Source of the DNA: Selaginella moellendorffii
Taxonomy: Eukaryota; Plantae; Lycopodiophyta
Length of the DNA stretch: 64,000 bases
NCBI RefSeq assembly: GCF_000143415.4
Contig: NW_003314311.1
Span: 134,832-198,831, forward strand
Reading direction: 5' to 3'
A program made the position numbers and the translations under genes. The first letter of the stretch is position 1; every line of letters starts with the position of its first letter. Below the pieces are notes generated by a model. It saw only the letters and a list, made by a program, of their open reading frames with translations, was not told the origin of the DNA and ran no database searches. Below are positions 26,657-39,162 of the stretch, piece after piece.

Positions 26657-29600
26657 CTTTTGACCAACTTGCGACCGCAGGCTTTGGAGGGTGCAGTGAC
26701 ATTCGAGGACGAGCCACGCTCATGGGAGAAAAGGACACCGTTCAGATCAAAAACGATACAGTACTTTCGCAGTGACTCTGAAATGAAATGCGTCAGCATA
26801 AAAAATGGTACAAGTCAATTTTACCATCTACAATATTAGCGAATGGTGCTCCCGATGGTCGTTCAGAGGGTTTTGGTCGAGGAAACGTGAAGGGCGGAAA
26901 TACTCTCCTCTGCAATGTGGGGTCAATCGCATCCGATGGCGTGTGGGCACATGCCATTTCAGCTGTAGACTCTGGTACAACTGGCTCAACAGTGGCATGG
27001 GGTGGTTCCGATGGCGTGTGATCACACGCCATTTCAACTGGTGCCTCCGTTGGCAAAGTGGACATGACCGAACAGGCAGCAGGGGCGGTGTAGGGAGGTT
27101 CCAACGGCGCGTAGTCAGACGATTGGGCACACGTTGGAAATGAGGATACGACTGGCTCGGCGGCTGGGGCGGCCTCATGCGGGTCCAATGGCGCCTGGTC
27201 ACCGTCAGTTGGATACGTGGACAAGATTGACTCAGTGGTATGGGCAGCATCAAGTGGAGCGTGGTCAGCTTAATTGGCGTTGATATGGATAGTAGCCTCC
27301 ACCAGCTCTGATGACTCTTGCAGGCAAGTAGAGTCCACTGGCGGATCCATATGCATGTCCAAATATCTCCCTTCGATTGAGATGGTATCCTCCCGTGCTA
27401 CTAAAAACAAACTCATTAGCACATTGAATTGACTATACTGTATTTACCATCAACTGCTATTGAGGAACTAGGACCGATATCACTTGGGCGCACTGCTGAT
27501 TCTGAAGGATTGGACATACGTTTCCACCCTTGCTTGGCACTATCCTTCCTCGACACTAAAGGCTAGAGTTTGTATCTTAATTCAACTGAATAATCTCTAC
27601 TTACCATTTCTTCTGCGACCTACATGGACAATGTTAGAAATGGTAAAAGGTTAGGAATGGATGTACTATTATTTACCTGATGGTTTGTCTTGTATGACCT
27701 TCCTCCGCTGCTCTTTGGCCACCTCAGGCTGGCCATCGTCGTCATCATCGTCATCGTCGTTATTGTGATCGTCACCATTGTGAGGACCATCCAAGTCCTC
27801 TTCGTCCTCCTCTTCTTCATCCTCCTCTTCTTCGTCCTCCTCTTCTTTGTCCTCCTCTTCGTCCTTCTGCTCTTCCTGCTCATTATCTTTCTCTGGCTCC
27901 TCATCCCCCTCCTGCATTTCTTCCATAGGCTGCTCAGGCTGGATGGCTTGTTTTTCCAGGACCATCTTGTGAAAATCATCTGGCCGAGTCTCCATCTCAA
28001 AATACAAGACATCCATAGCCTGTTTTAGTGCGTGACCTAGGACCGTATCCTCACCCGACTGTCTTAACATGGTTTCTGCACGTTCTTGCACCCTTCGAAG
28101 ACGACGAGATGAGAAAAACGTGGCCCTGACTTGAAAAGCATCCCTCATCCATTGTACCTCTCCATTGAGATTGGGGAAGGGGAGTCCGCCATAGGAATCT
28201 GAGTCAGAAGGTGGTGACTGGCTCCTTTCACTCAGCCCTTGATCTGCAATGAATGGCATGAGCACACACGCCATAACCGCGAGGCATTACCTATCATCTT
28301 TTCGTTGCCCTTCTTCCTTTTCGAATCAAACGCCTCTGATCCCGACGACTGTCCAACGTGCTTTTGCTTTTTATGACCACTGTCAGTTTGAGCTTGGCTG
28401 GTGCTTGCCTGTTTTGCCTTTGAAGAAGTGTCTCCTACAAGGAATGGCATGAGACCACACGCCATTGCAAATATAATTTGTACCTCCTTTTTTCCTATTG
28501 CTTGTCTGTTTGTCCTTCTTCGACGCGCCACCAGTGCGCTTTTCAGTCCTCGTGTCTGAATATTCACAACGATCTATAATCAAAATGGCGTGAGGCCTCA
28601 CGTGACCTTACCTTGTGCAGGTTGTGAGCTCAGCCTAACATCAGTAGCTGTTAACGCCGTTTCAGCATCTGGGGGTGGCCACGCTCCTGCATATAGAGCT
28701 TGTGAGATAACATTTAAACTTAAAGTGCGTACTCACCAGGTTCGTAGAGAAGATACTATTTTTCTTTGGCAACTGTAATTATATGCTCCATTGAAGTCAC
28801 CTCTTCAATGGAGTTTGTCACCGCAACACACGGGACACCCTTGAGTAGTGCGGCTCGAAAGAATAGTCCGCCGCAGTTGTACTCGACAACGCATTTGCCC
28901 TTGGAGTCACCTACTATTGCGTTGAAGACCCAGCTGAGCATTTCCCATGTTGCACCTGGAGCTTTCGTTGGATTCGAAAGCTCCATAGCCGTCTTCAGTT
29001 CCTCAGGCACGGGTAAATTGACCTCCCTCAGATCAATTCGATCGGCTTTGTTGAACGAAGCTGGGAAGTCACTCCAGTCCCACTCTGCTGCAGGACCAAT
29101 AACAAGGGCGAGTGTGAAGATGCGGACATTCGTCGGTATTTTCTTCTTAGCCATTATCCCATGGATCTCCCGCATCTCCTTGCCTTTCAACCGAGCCTTC
29201 ACCTCATTCAAGGCCTTCCAGAACTTGTGATAGGATTCGGAGTCGTAGATCATATAGTGGACTGAAGATTCCACCTCCGCAAGTCCCACCATTAAGTCAA
29301 TGATGGAGCTGACTTCGTCTGCATGAGTGATCTCCTCGTTTGTGAAGTCCATCACACAAAAGATGTTCTTGACCTGCTCATCTCTGCGGGAAACGATGCT
29401 CCTCCACCTTTGATCCTCATCCGAATTCACGTATACCCGGTAAGGTTTTCGATAGGCCTCTGCTGCAGGGTCGAGCTGTTTCTGAAGCCGGCGGTCGACA
29501 TCCCTCTTAATGAAATTTGGATACTGATCCAACTTCTCAGCTTTACTTTTCGTGGCATCCCGCAGCAGATCGATGAACTTGGGGGCCCCCTTCACGTAGT

Positions 29601-31501
29601 CATCAATGTCTTCATTTGACAAGTCCAGCTCTTCCATCATCTCTTGCGTGGTGTCGATGCTCACCCTCGCCACGGCCACTTGCTCGAAGATCCAATCCTT
29701 CAATAGCGCACGAGCTCTCAGAGTCGTGCACAAGTCCTCGTATGTCACAATATGGCCGGGAGTCATTTTAGTCTTGTTGAAGACTACCTCACCACGTAGA
29801 AGAGCATTAGCCACTGTCAGAAGGTCGTCGTCGTCTAGAGACCGCGAGAAACGCAAGGCGTTGAGCTTCAAATCATTGGGCTTCCGGCCGTCCTCCACAC
29901 CCATTGAGTTTAGCAACTCCCCGTCATGGTACCTCCTCAGCACATCTACCCATTTGTCAAAAACAACTTTTGTCGCGAGTAGAATGTTATGGATGCTGAG
30001 TGTGTCATTGACCCTCAGTGTTTTCGAGAGAAGACTCGAGAATTCCTGCAATGGAAATGGCGTGAGGCCACATGCTATGCCACATGCAACGAGGCTTACC
30101 TGCCAGGTGCTAGTTGCTAGTGCACGTCCTTGTCCTGGTTTTTGTGGCTTCTTCAGTTGAACCCAGAGCTTCCGTGTTCGTGCCAATGTCTCGTGCAGAC
30201 CCGATTTGTAGCACGTTTCTTGCTTGACATTCTGCGCGTGGGAGATGTATATGATAGATCGGAGGGGCGAGTTGCCTTTTATCAGGCGGACAACTCTTGT
30301 CTTGAAGACTTTCTTCACCTCCTTGCCCACCATAATATCCACAACTATCTGTTGCATCGCCAAGCTAGAATGCTGCCTGGAGACGGCATAGAACCGGATG
30401 TTCTGATCGTCCAACACCTTCCTATTGATCAAGTCTGGAAACCTCGTCTCGCCCTTCATTGTTCGGTAGTAGGGGATCACGTCTGCGATGTCGGGTGTTA
30501 CTGGACTTGCCAGCATCTTCTGCTTCAGTTTCTCCACCCACTCATCAGATACTAGCCTGTGGTTATATTTGCTTTGGATCTCGATACGGCTCACGTCGAT
30601 TGTATATACTTTGTTGGAATAGTAACAAGTACTATTATCTGCGACGATTTTTGCTGCCTCTTCTTGCTCTTTCTGCTCTTTGCAGCTCTTCTTTTTGGTG
30701 GGTGTAGTGTTCGAACCCGAGGCAATGGCATCACCGAGTAGCTTCTTTTTTGGAGCAGCAGAGTCGGACGTCGGCTTGAGCTTGACCACCCTTTTCTGCT
30801 TCGGGGTAGTTTCCAGATCGACCCCCTTCCCCTTCGCTTCGCAAACTGGAGGCACTCTCAACGGCTCAATGTTGGAATATAGTTTTTGAACATTGCCGTA
30901 GGTGAGGTCCGTGGATTCCATGTGATCTTCATAGACCCGCAGCGTCTTTGAAATTGTGGGCCTCCTGGACAACCTCTCCCTAGCTCCCTCTAGGAATTCC
31001 TCATAGCCGCTGCCCCCCTCCGGGAAGCCGCTAGGATGTGCAAGGTGGATCTTGAAGGCGGACGCTGTCTCTACCACAAGTGCCAGTCCATATTCTTGCA
31101 TGGAACTGCATGGAGTGTCTGTCACTTGGATGAGGATCCCCATGCATTCTTTTCTCCCACCATCTGTGTGCCTTCCATCCCGAAAGTCCAACTGGTGAGC
31201 TCCTCCCCCTTCTCTGCATCCACATTGACAGTGGCTGGAAGAAGAACGCAATTCCTCGCCTGTTTAGAAATGCACAACAATTAGAGCTGACAGATGAAAA
31301 GCTAGCAGCTGGAAATAACGTGAGGCCACACGCCATTCACCACTGCATCAGATGTCTTGAGGCTGCATCCTAAGATGGCGTGAGGCTACACGCCATCTGT
31401 AACCGGACTGCACTCGAGAGCCCAATCGGTGCATGCCAATGTTGCTACTGAATGGCATGTCGCCTCATGCCATTTTCTACTTGGCCTAAAAGACTTACCA
31501 T
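26657..31501 (-). pseudogene. 11-exon gene: ParB/Srx-like domain, degenerate beta-class N6A/N4C methyltransferase fold, acidic/low-complexity region, start of FCP1/NIF-like HAD domain
   Basis: ATG 31501-31499; GT-AG introns 31260-31498, 30046-30099, 28687-28736, 28556-28611, 28435-28483, 28244-28290, 27620-27676, 27556-27604, 27401-27447, 26778-26824 join ORFs 28756-31251, 28383-28601, 28232-28567, 27669-28274, 26793-27224, 26272-26799 in frame. Two premature stops (28756 TAG, 27270 TAA) and a probable frameshift near 31150. Motifs: HRLVSDEWVEKL..FYAVSRQHS; NIFCVMDF...NPTKAP..CVVEYNCGG.FFRAA; IVFDLNGVL. Confidence 0.7.
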
Positions 31502-34078
31502 TTGAAGCCGAATGGAGGCCGTGACAATCGAGGCCGGACTCGCTGGCGAATGTGCACTGTGTGTGCAGCGGATCGTAGCAGCAAGGCTACTCTGCCACTT
31601 ACAGTTGGAGAGTGGTGCTGAAATCTCCCGGGACGCCAAGTGGGCTGCGTGTGGGTGGCGGAGTGGGCGGCGGAGTTGGCGGCAAAGTTACAAACTGGGT
31701 GTGTCTTGAAGTGGACGCCGATGCACACGAGCGCGATGCGAGCGCGAGTGTGATGCAAGCGCGAGTGGACGCCGATGCACACGAGAAACCTGTAGAGAAG
31801 TGAGCGTGATCGCGAGTGGGAGCGTGATGCGAGCGGGAGCGCGAGTGTGCGAGCGCGAGTACAAAGCAAAATGCAAAACCTAACCTCACACGCGCGAAAT
31901 GTCACAACGGTTGGTAATCTCGCCACGTCATCATTCCTCGGACTTGGGCGCCACCATTAATTTCTGGATTGCCGCGCGCATGCAAGCACGCAAAATCCAA
32001 AAGAAATCCGCAACGTCATCATTCCTCGGACTGCATGCACGTGAAATCCAAAAGAAAGATCATGATTGGGATATCATTTAATACCCTCGCTATATTTATA
32101 CCATGCATGATTGGATATTCCAAAGCATCTTGTATTTCCAAAAATGGCAGATGTTCAGCTAAATAAAGAAATTCTATCTGTTTCTATTTTTCTCTCAAAT
32201 CAATATTATAGCGTGTGGGCTCATGCAATTTTGAACCAAAGAAACCCAAAAAACGTTGGACCTAAAATATTTTGAAAAAACCCAAAAAACCCTAAACATT
32301 TTAAACCCAAAAATCCAGGTGTCCTGTGGCGTTATTCCTTGAATGGCGTGTGGGCGCATGCCATTTTCAGGGCCAAATGCTGAATGGAGAAAAATTCCCT
32401 TTCAGTGCAAATGCTGCAAGAGGCAAATGCCGAGCACAAAGGACTGTAACTACCTCACATGACACAGATAAACTTTTCTCTATTTGGCAAAGATAAACTT
32501 TATAGCGTGTGGGCTCATGCAACTTTGAACCCAAAAAATGCACCAAAAAATTCTCGGCGTCATCTGGCGTTATCTCTTGAATGGCGTGGGGCCGCATGCC
32601 ATTTTCAGGGGCACATAGGAGTATATTCCTAGGATATTCTGATATGCGCGAGATTTTTTTGAGTTTTCTGGAGATCCAACCGTTAGATCGCAACTAGATT
32701 TTACAGAATGGTATACAATGTCTTTCTTGATGACCCTGCAAAGAAGCATCTCGATCGGACACTACATGAGACCACACGAGCCTTACAATGTTTCAGAGGC
32801 ATTTGCCATAGATCCGACCGTTATTTTGCTCCAAGATTTTACAGTTTGGTGTGCATTGACCTTTCCATCGAAACTGCAAAGGGACATCACAATCAGATGC
32901 GGGATCACAAGAAACTAACTTCACTAACTCTGGTTTCACCAAGATCTACGTAAGGAGTTATGAAATGAAAGGACCCTCTCTATTGAAATGTGTTTATAGT
33001 CCTAGGGGCATTGTGACATATCAAAGGATTTTGCATCAAGTTCTGTATTTGCATGTTTATCAAGCTACTGAATTGCTAAACCTTAAACCCTAAACATGTG
33101 GCAAATGCTGCGTGAAGAAAGATGCCTTTTCTGGGCAAATGCTGTAAGAGGTAGATGCCGAGCAGATGTATCTCAAGCTAGCGAAGGGGACAAACGAAAG
33201 CTAGCTATAAACATGACGGGATGCAAATAGATTACTAGGCTGGTCCTACGAAAATCAAAAACCATAATTGAAAACATTGAAAATGCAAAAAGAAAGGTTT
33301 ATAATATTTTTGAATTTTAAGCAACCAAAGGAATGTAAGTAGGGCATGTGTTTGTAAGTTTAAAAATGCCTCAACCACTTAAATTCCCAAGTAAATAAAG
33401 CTGTTTCTATTTTTGGTACAGGTAAACTTTATAGCGTGTGGGCTCATGCAATTTTGAACCCAAAAATGCACCAAAAAATGCTCGACTAGCATTATTCTTT
33501 GAATGGCGTGTGGCCTTATATTGCCATAAATGGATGTACACACACAGCATAATTATTCCTTTACACAGCGAATAATCTTGGCGCGGATCGCTGACATGGC
33601 ATGGCAAAGTTCGAATCACTGACATGGCACAGCTGGATCGAGGCAAGGACATGATGTGACAAAGTTCAACCTCCGACAGCAAAGTCTAGAAGCTACTCAG
33701 TTTGAAATTTGTCAGAGGAATCATAAGATCTGGTTTGTCAGAGGATTTGATGTGACGTTCAAGCGTGTGTTATTTTTGAATTCTCGAACTCATTCCTAGG
33801 TCTATCATTTTTGTGCACCGTGTTCTTGGTTCCGCTGAGCGCAGTGAGCGCTGCTTGTGTAAGCGGCGTTGTGGGCTATGGTTTATGCGTCTACAAGCGG
33901 TTGCAGCATTGCGAGCGCCATTGTGAGTGGCAGTTTATGCGAGTGGCAGTTTGTGCGAGCGGCGCTACGAGCAGTTGTGGTGTTGCGAGCGGCGCTACGA
34001 GTAGTTGCGGTGTTGCGAGCGGCACTATCTTTGGTGTGGCTACCGCTTCCTCTTGATATTCAGCACTTGTGCTTCCTG
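31502..34078. promoter_or_regulatory. Putative bidirectional promoter/leader region of the transposon
   Basis: Lies between divergent genes; CG-rich tandem tracts at both ends (31710-31862 GCGAGT-rich; 33935-34025 GTTGCGAGCGGCGCTACGA); three copies of a unit carrying paired palindromes (~32205, 32499, 33428). Confidence 0.55.
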
Positions 34079-34389
34079 GTATGTTCACCATGGAATGGCT
34101 TAGGACCACATTTAGAAATGGCATGAGGCCACATGCCATCTTGGGCCCTTGCAATTTCATGGCTAGCGTATTGTCATGTATGTTTTTACTTGCCTGCAGC
34201 TGTGTGTATATCAAGATGGCATGAGGCCTCATGCCAATTTTGTGAATGCGAAATTTCACATGGGTGTCAATAGCATGTTTGAATAATGGCATGTGGCCTC
34301 ATGCTATTGAGGTTGTTTGGTATGTTATGATTTAGGCCATTCTCCAATCATTTTTTGTATAGTCTTAACTTCTTTTCTGCACTTTCAGA

Positions 34390-37300
34390 ATGGCCTTCAG
34401 GGTTGGGGAAAAGGTTTACATTTTGAATGGTGGGAAGAGAGTTGCAAAAGGGACCCTTGTGTCTATGGATCGGAACTTTGTTATACACTATCAAAGGCTT
34501 GGGGAAGGCAATGCTGCTGTATCAGTAGAGACTGTTTTTGATGGGAATGTGGTCGCTATTGAACGAGGAGAGATGGTCGTCGGGGTAAATGTTGTTGTTG
34601 CCTTGAAAAATCTTCAGAAGAAAGCAGATGTTGGGGACAGCGCAAGTGCAACGCATGTTCCCTTCGTGGATCTTAAGAAACCGTGCTACATGGATTCAGG
34701 CAAAGGTGTTTCTAAACAACCCCGAGGGGGAGGTGGTAGCTGAGGGCTTAGCCACAGTTGTCGATCCAAAAGATGCGGTTGCTAATCAAGAATTGGGCTG
34801 GGATGATATTGGAGTTGCGATTTTAGAGGTTGTTGACACAGAAGAAAACAGTCTGACTATTGGAAGCATTGTGCGGTGGAAATTGAGGCACTTAGTGTTT
34901 GAGAATGTGAAGGATTCACAATCAAACACCACTACAACTGATGACAGAACATCTCTTCATGGGAAAAGAAAGTACACCTTCCTAAAGCGCAGCCAAAGGG
35001 ATCTGAGCAACGAACCGAAAAGGCAGAAAATGGCGATGGAGGTTCGAATGGTCTCGACAGTTGCTTGTTGCAAGAGGAGGTGCTGTCAACATGCTGATTG
35101 GGATGCTATTGAAGAGGAGAGAGCAAGATACAAGACATTGTCCTGGAAGGCAGCTCGCAATTTTGTGTATGAGGCATTACGGTCATCTGTTGATGCTTCA
35201 GAACATCAGGTGGGGGGCATGGTCTTCCAGAGGGGTTTGGTCTGCATGAAGGCATGGAGAATCATTTATGGAGTCCCTCGAACCACATTCTACAGAATCA
35301 AAACTGAGTTCGAGGAACAAAGGGTTCAACAGGCAGTCCATGGGAACGACGGTACGCACAAAACCAGGGGTCATGTTGTATATGGAGAGGCAATCTTCAA
35401 GAGGTTTGTCGAGACATGTAGCGAGCAGCAACCACATAAAACCCGCCTCTTGGAAGATGGAACACGAGACACCCAACGAGTTCTCCCTTCTATGTATACC
35501 AAGGGGGCCATATTGGAAGATGTGAATCGAGAACTCCAGAGTAATGGCTACAGGAAGCTAAGCCAATCTAGATTTAGTAGATTGTGGAGCAACAGGTTCA
35601 GGGATGTGAGTATAGGAAAGTACTCCAGCTTTTCAAAGTGTGACGAGTGCACTGCTATCAAAATGGCTTTGTCGAAGAATTCTTGCAGCGCTCAAGAGCG
35701 AGAGACGTTGGTTAGAAGGCGGCTCGACCACAACATCGAGCAGAGAAGCTGTAGGACTGCATATTATCATAACAGGATTCTCTCCATGGAGAGACCTGAC
35801 TCTTACCTCTGCATCATCCACGACAAAATGGACCAGAAAAAGACGTGCTTACCTCGACTCAATCCTGCCCCCAAGGCAATCTCTTCATCCATGCAGCTGC
35901 CTGTGTCTCTGTTTGGCATAATTGCTCATGGGCATGGTGCCCAGAACTATGGGAACTTCTTTGTACCTCTATGGGGTGGCAGGGGTGCAAACATGATGAT
36001 TGCGTCCCTAGCAAAACACTTAAGGTCTCTGCAAAGTGCGCAGACTGAGCTGAACGGCCAACCCTTGCATAAGGCCCTTGTCGATCGAACCCCATACAGG
36101 GTTCAGCTGGAGGAGGAGCAAAGGCTTGCAGTATTGCGTGGGGCCCCATGCCATCCCAGTGAATATGTTGGCCGTCAGATTGTAGGGTTATCACGTGAGG
36201 CCTCATGCCATTCCGACGAGGCTGGTCGCCCGGTGAATGCACAGCCTCATCCAAACGAAGCAGAATCTCAAGGAAGTTCTTGCGGCCAATGTGGCCTTCC
36301 ACCCCATCTTCTGCTCCAAACAGACAATGCTGGCAGTGAGAACAAAAACATGTACGTCTTCGCGTACTTGGCGATGCTTGTTGCCAAAGGCATATTTGAA
36401 ACGGTTACACTTGGCTTTCTCATGGTTGGGCACACTCATGAAGACGTCGATGCCATGTTCAGTCACCTGGCAGAGTCCCTCCAGCGATCCAATGTCCTCA
36501 CCCTCCCACAACTCTACGATGAATTCCAAAATTGCATCAAAGGCACTGTTGAAGCTGGACTTCTGACAGAGGTTCCAGACTTTAAGGGGTTTGTAAGAGG
36601 CTACATCAGAGACGGATCCGAAACGCTGATTGGCCACTCCAAGCCTCTTCAGTTTCATTTCAGCATGTGTGACGGTGCTCCAGTGATGAGGTACAAGATG
36701 AGAGAATGGGACACAGTGTGGCTGCCAGTGGACGGCATTGAACTCTTCAAGAGAGATCCCATAACTGGGGAACCTATGATTCCTCAGGGTTCCCCACGGC
36801 CGATGCACCCGGATGGACTCAAAGACCAGGAAAGTATAGTGGCCGGGATTAGACAGCATATTGCCTTCTGGAAGAGGGGGTTGGTGTTTGGTGGAGAATC
36901 CTATTTTAAGAGGTGCAAACCTTTGCTCGAATACTGGGAGAAGATTATATCTGCTATCCAAAATGGGCCGGTTGTATATGAAGAATTGGAAGAGTCCTTT
37001 TGGCCAGAACCCAGAGCACTAGATAGTAGCGGAACAATGTCCTCTGGAAATGCAGTGACAGATAACGATGTTGAGGATCACTATTGTGGGCCGAGGAACA
37101 AGAAGCCGGATTCAGCATTCAATCTAGTACAGGTCTGCAAAGGAATGGTCGTGCTTGTCAGACCCAGTAATAAAAAACAAATGATATGGGTGGGGCGCTG
37201 CATCACTGATGCAAAGGAGGACGCGGAAACTAACTCCTTCAATGTAACTGTGGAGTGGTTCAAGCCAAGTTCCGGATATACGAAGGATTGCCTAGAAAAG

Positions 37301-37532
37301 AGATGGGTGCTGAATCCAAGGGATCCCAGCATGAGCATATCGGTGGATAATGTTGTGCATGGTTGGATGCGGAAGCAGAGTGCCACCATCACCTTGCCAG
37401 ACCATGCAAGAGATGCAGCAAGAGCATTCATAACCCGGGTTCAAGGTGAGATTCATGAATATTCCTTTACTAAGTTTCTAATGTATTTTATTTCAAGGTG
37501 AACAATCCGAATCTGAATCAGAGGAGGCGTGA
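34390..37532 (+). CDS. Sola-like (DUF7869-type) DDD transposase with N-terminal Tnp1/EnSpm-like repeats, Cys-rich region and C-terminal SH3/BAH-like domain
   Basis: 957-aa ORF 34628-37501: CCKRRCC, VCMKAWRIIYG, FSKCDEC, IIHDKMDQKKT.LP, LLLQTDNAGSENKN, FLMVGHTHEDVDAMFS. ORF 34390-34743 supplies the N-terminus via a frameshift near 34660; terminal intron 37446-37497 gives ...VQGEQSESESEEA*; 5'UTR intron 34079-34388. Confidence 0.82.
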
Positions 37533-38168
37533 TGGCATGTGGCCTTACGCCATTCCTAGGTGAGATGATATAAATAACAAGTATAAATTCTTAGTTGTTC
37601 TAGCAAATCTTACTTAAAGTTCAAGGTGAACAAGCCGAATATGAATTCATCGGATTGTTATAACAAATTGCGAGGTGATGGCATGAGGCGATACGCCATT
37701 TGAGAGTGGTAGCCATTCCTATATGAGGTGAGTGAAGTATTTATTAGAAATACCTCATTCAATTGTGCACTTCTAAGTCTTGGTCCACTTAGTATTGTTT
37801 GCATGTTTTTATTTTAATTCTTTCTCTAAAATGTTATTTAGCATGTGGCTTCATGCCATTGCTCTCCACAATCATGCATTGAATTTCTATCCTTGCATAA
37901 TACTTCTCCATATATATAGCATGTGCGCACATGTGATATGGTTCATTAGGCCTGATATAGTGTGTGAGGTAAAACAAAGATGATGTGACATATGCATTTA
38001 CCAATCACACGTTCATAAATCTAATAATATGGCGTGTGGCCCATATTAATGGCACATAAACCCATATTGTGGGCTTACGTGCTTTATGTACCATCATTCC
38101 CTTGCAGCGTGTGTTGGTTTCCTTTTATAACACAACGAACACCATATTTTAGGGTGAAGAGCGTTCTC

Positions 38169-39130
38169 ATGGCAAGCACAAAATCTGTAAGTGAGGCAGA
38201 AAAGGAGACGGAGAAGGAGATAGGTGAAGATATAGAATATATAAGTCTTCCAAACTCCCCGTACTATACTCCAGGTGATCATTTTTCTGAACAAACGGCA
38301 ACATTAACAACTATCGAGAACGCCCCAGTAACGTCAGAAATGTGAGACACAAAATCCCTAGGCCCCAAAGTGGAGCCGGAAGGGCGCCACATGGTAGTGG
38401 CTGAAGCGAGAGCCAAACGAGCGTAACACGTTTGGACCAAAAGCTCCGACTTGAAAAGTCAAGAGCGGGAGTGGAACTCCCAACGAAGTGCTCGAGGAAC
38501 GAGCACGAAGCGAGCAAAAAGCAAGGCTCCAAAAAGGGACCCAAAAGGACCAACACATGACACGTGGGAGTGTCCGAGATGGAGTCCGAGATGGAGTCCG
38601 AAGTGGAGTCCGAGGTGGACCCGAGATGGACCCGAGTTGGAGTCCGAAGTGGAGTCCGAGATGGAGTCCGAGATGGAGTCCGAGGTGGACCCAAGATGGA
38701 CCCGAAATGGAGTCCGAGATGGAGTCCGAGATGGACCCGAGATGGAGTCCGAGATGGAGTCCGAGATGGACCCGAGATGGTCCCGAGATGGAGTCCGAGA
38801 TGGAGTCCGAGATGGAGTCCGAGGTGGACCCAAGATGGACCCGAAATGGAGTCCAAGATGGAGTCCGAGATGGACCCGAGATGGAGTCCGAGATGGAGTC
38901 CGAGATGGACCCGAGATGGACCCGAGATGGAGTCCGAGATGGAGTCCGAGATGGAGTCCGAGGTGGACCCAAGATGGACCCGAAATGGAGTCCGAGATGG
39001 AGTCCGAGATGGACCCGAGATGGAGTCTGAGATGGAGTCTGAGATGGACCCGAGATGGACCCGAGATGGAGTCCGAGATGGAGTCCGAGATGGAGTCCGA
39101 GATGGAGTCCGAAGTCGAGACCGAGACCGG

Positions 39131-39162
<32 letters not shown>

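Noticed and set aside
26272-26799. 175-aa ORF as a single natural gene
   Set aside because: It is a chimera: intron, then HAD-like exon, then Gypsy RNase H, with the junction near 26656
28766-30889. Plus-strand ORFs overlapping the 831-aa ORF, and minus-strand ORFs inside the transposase
   Set aside because: Antisense or alternate-frame shadows of GC-rich coding DNA with no motifs
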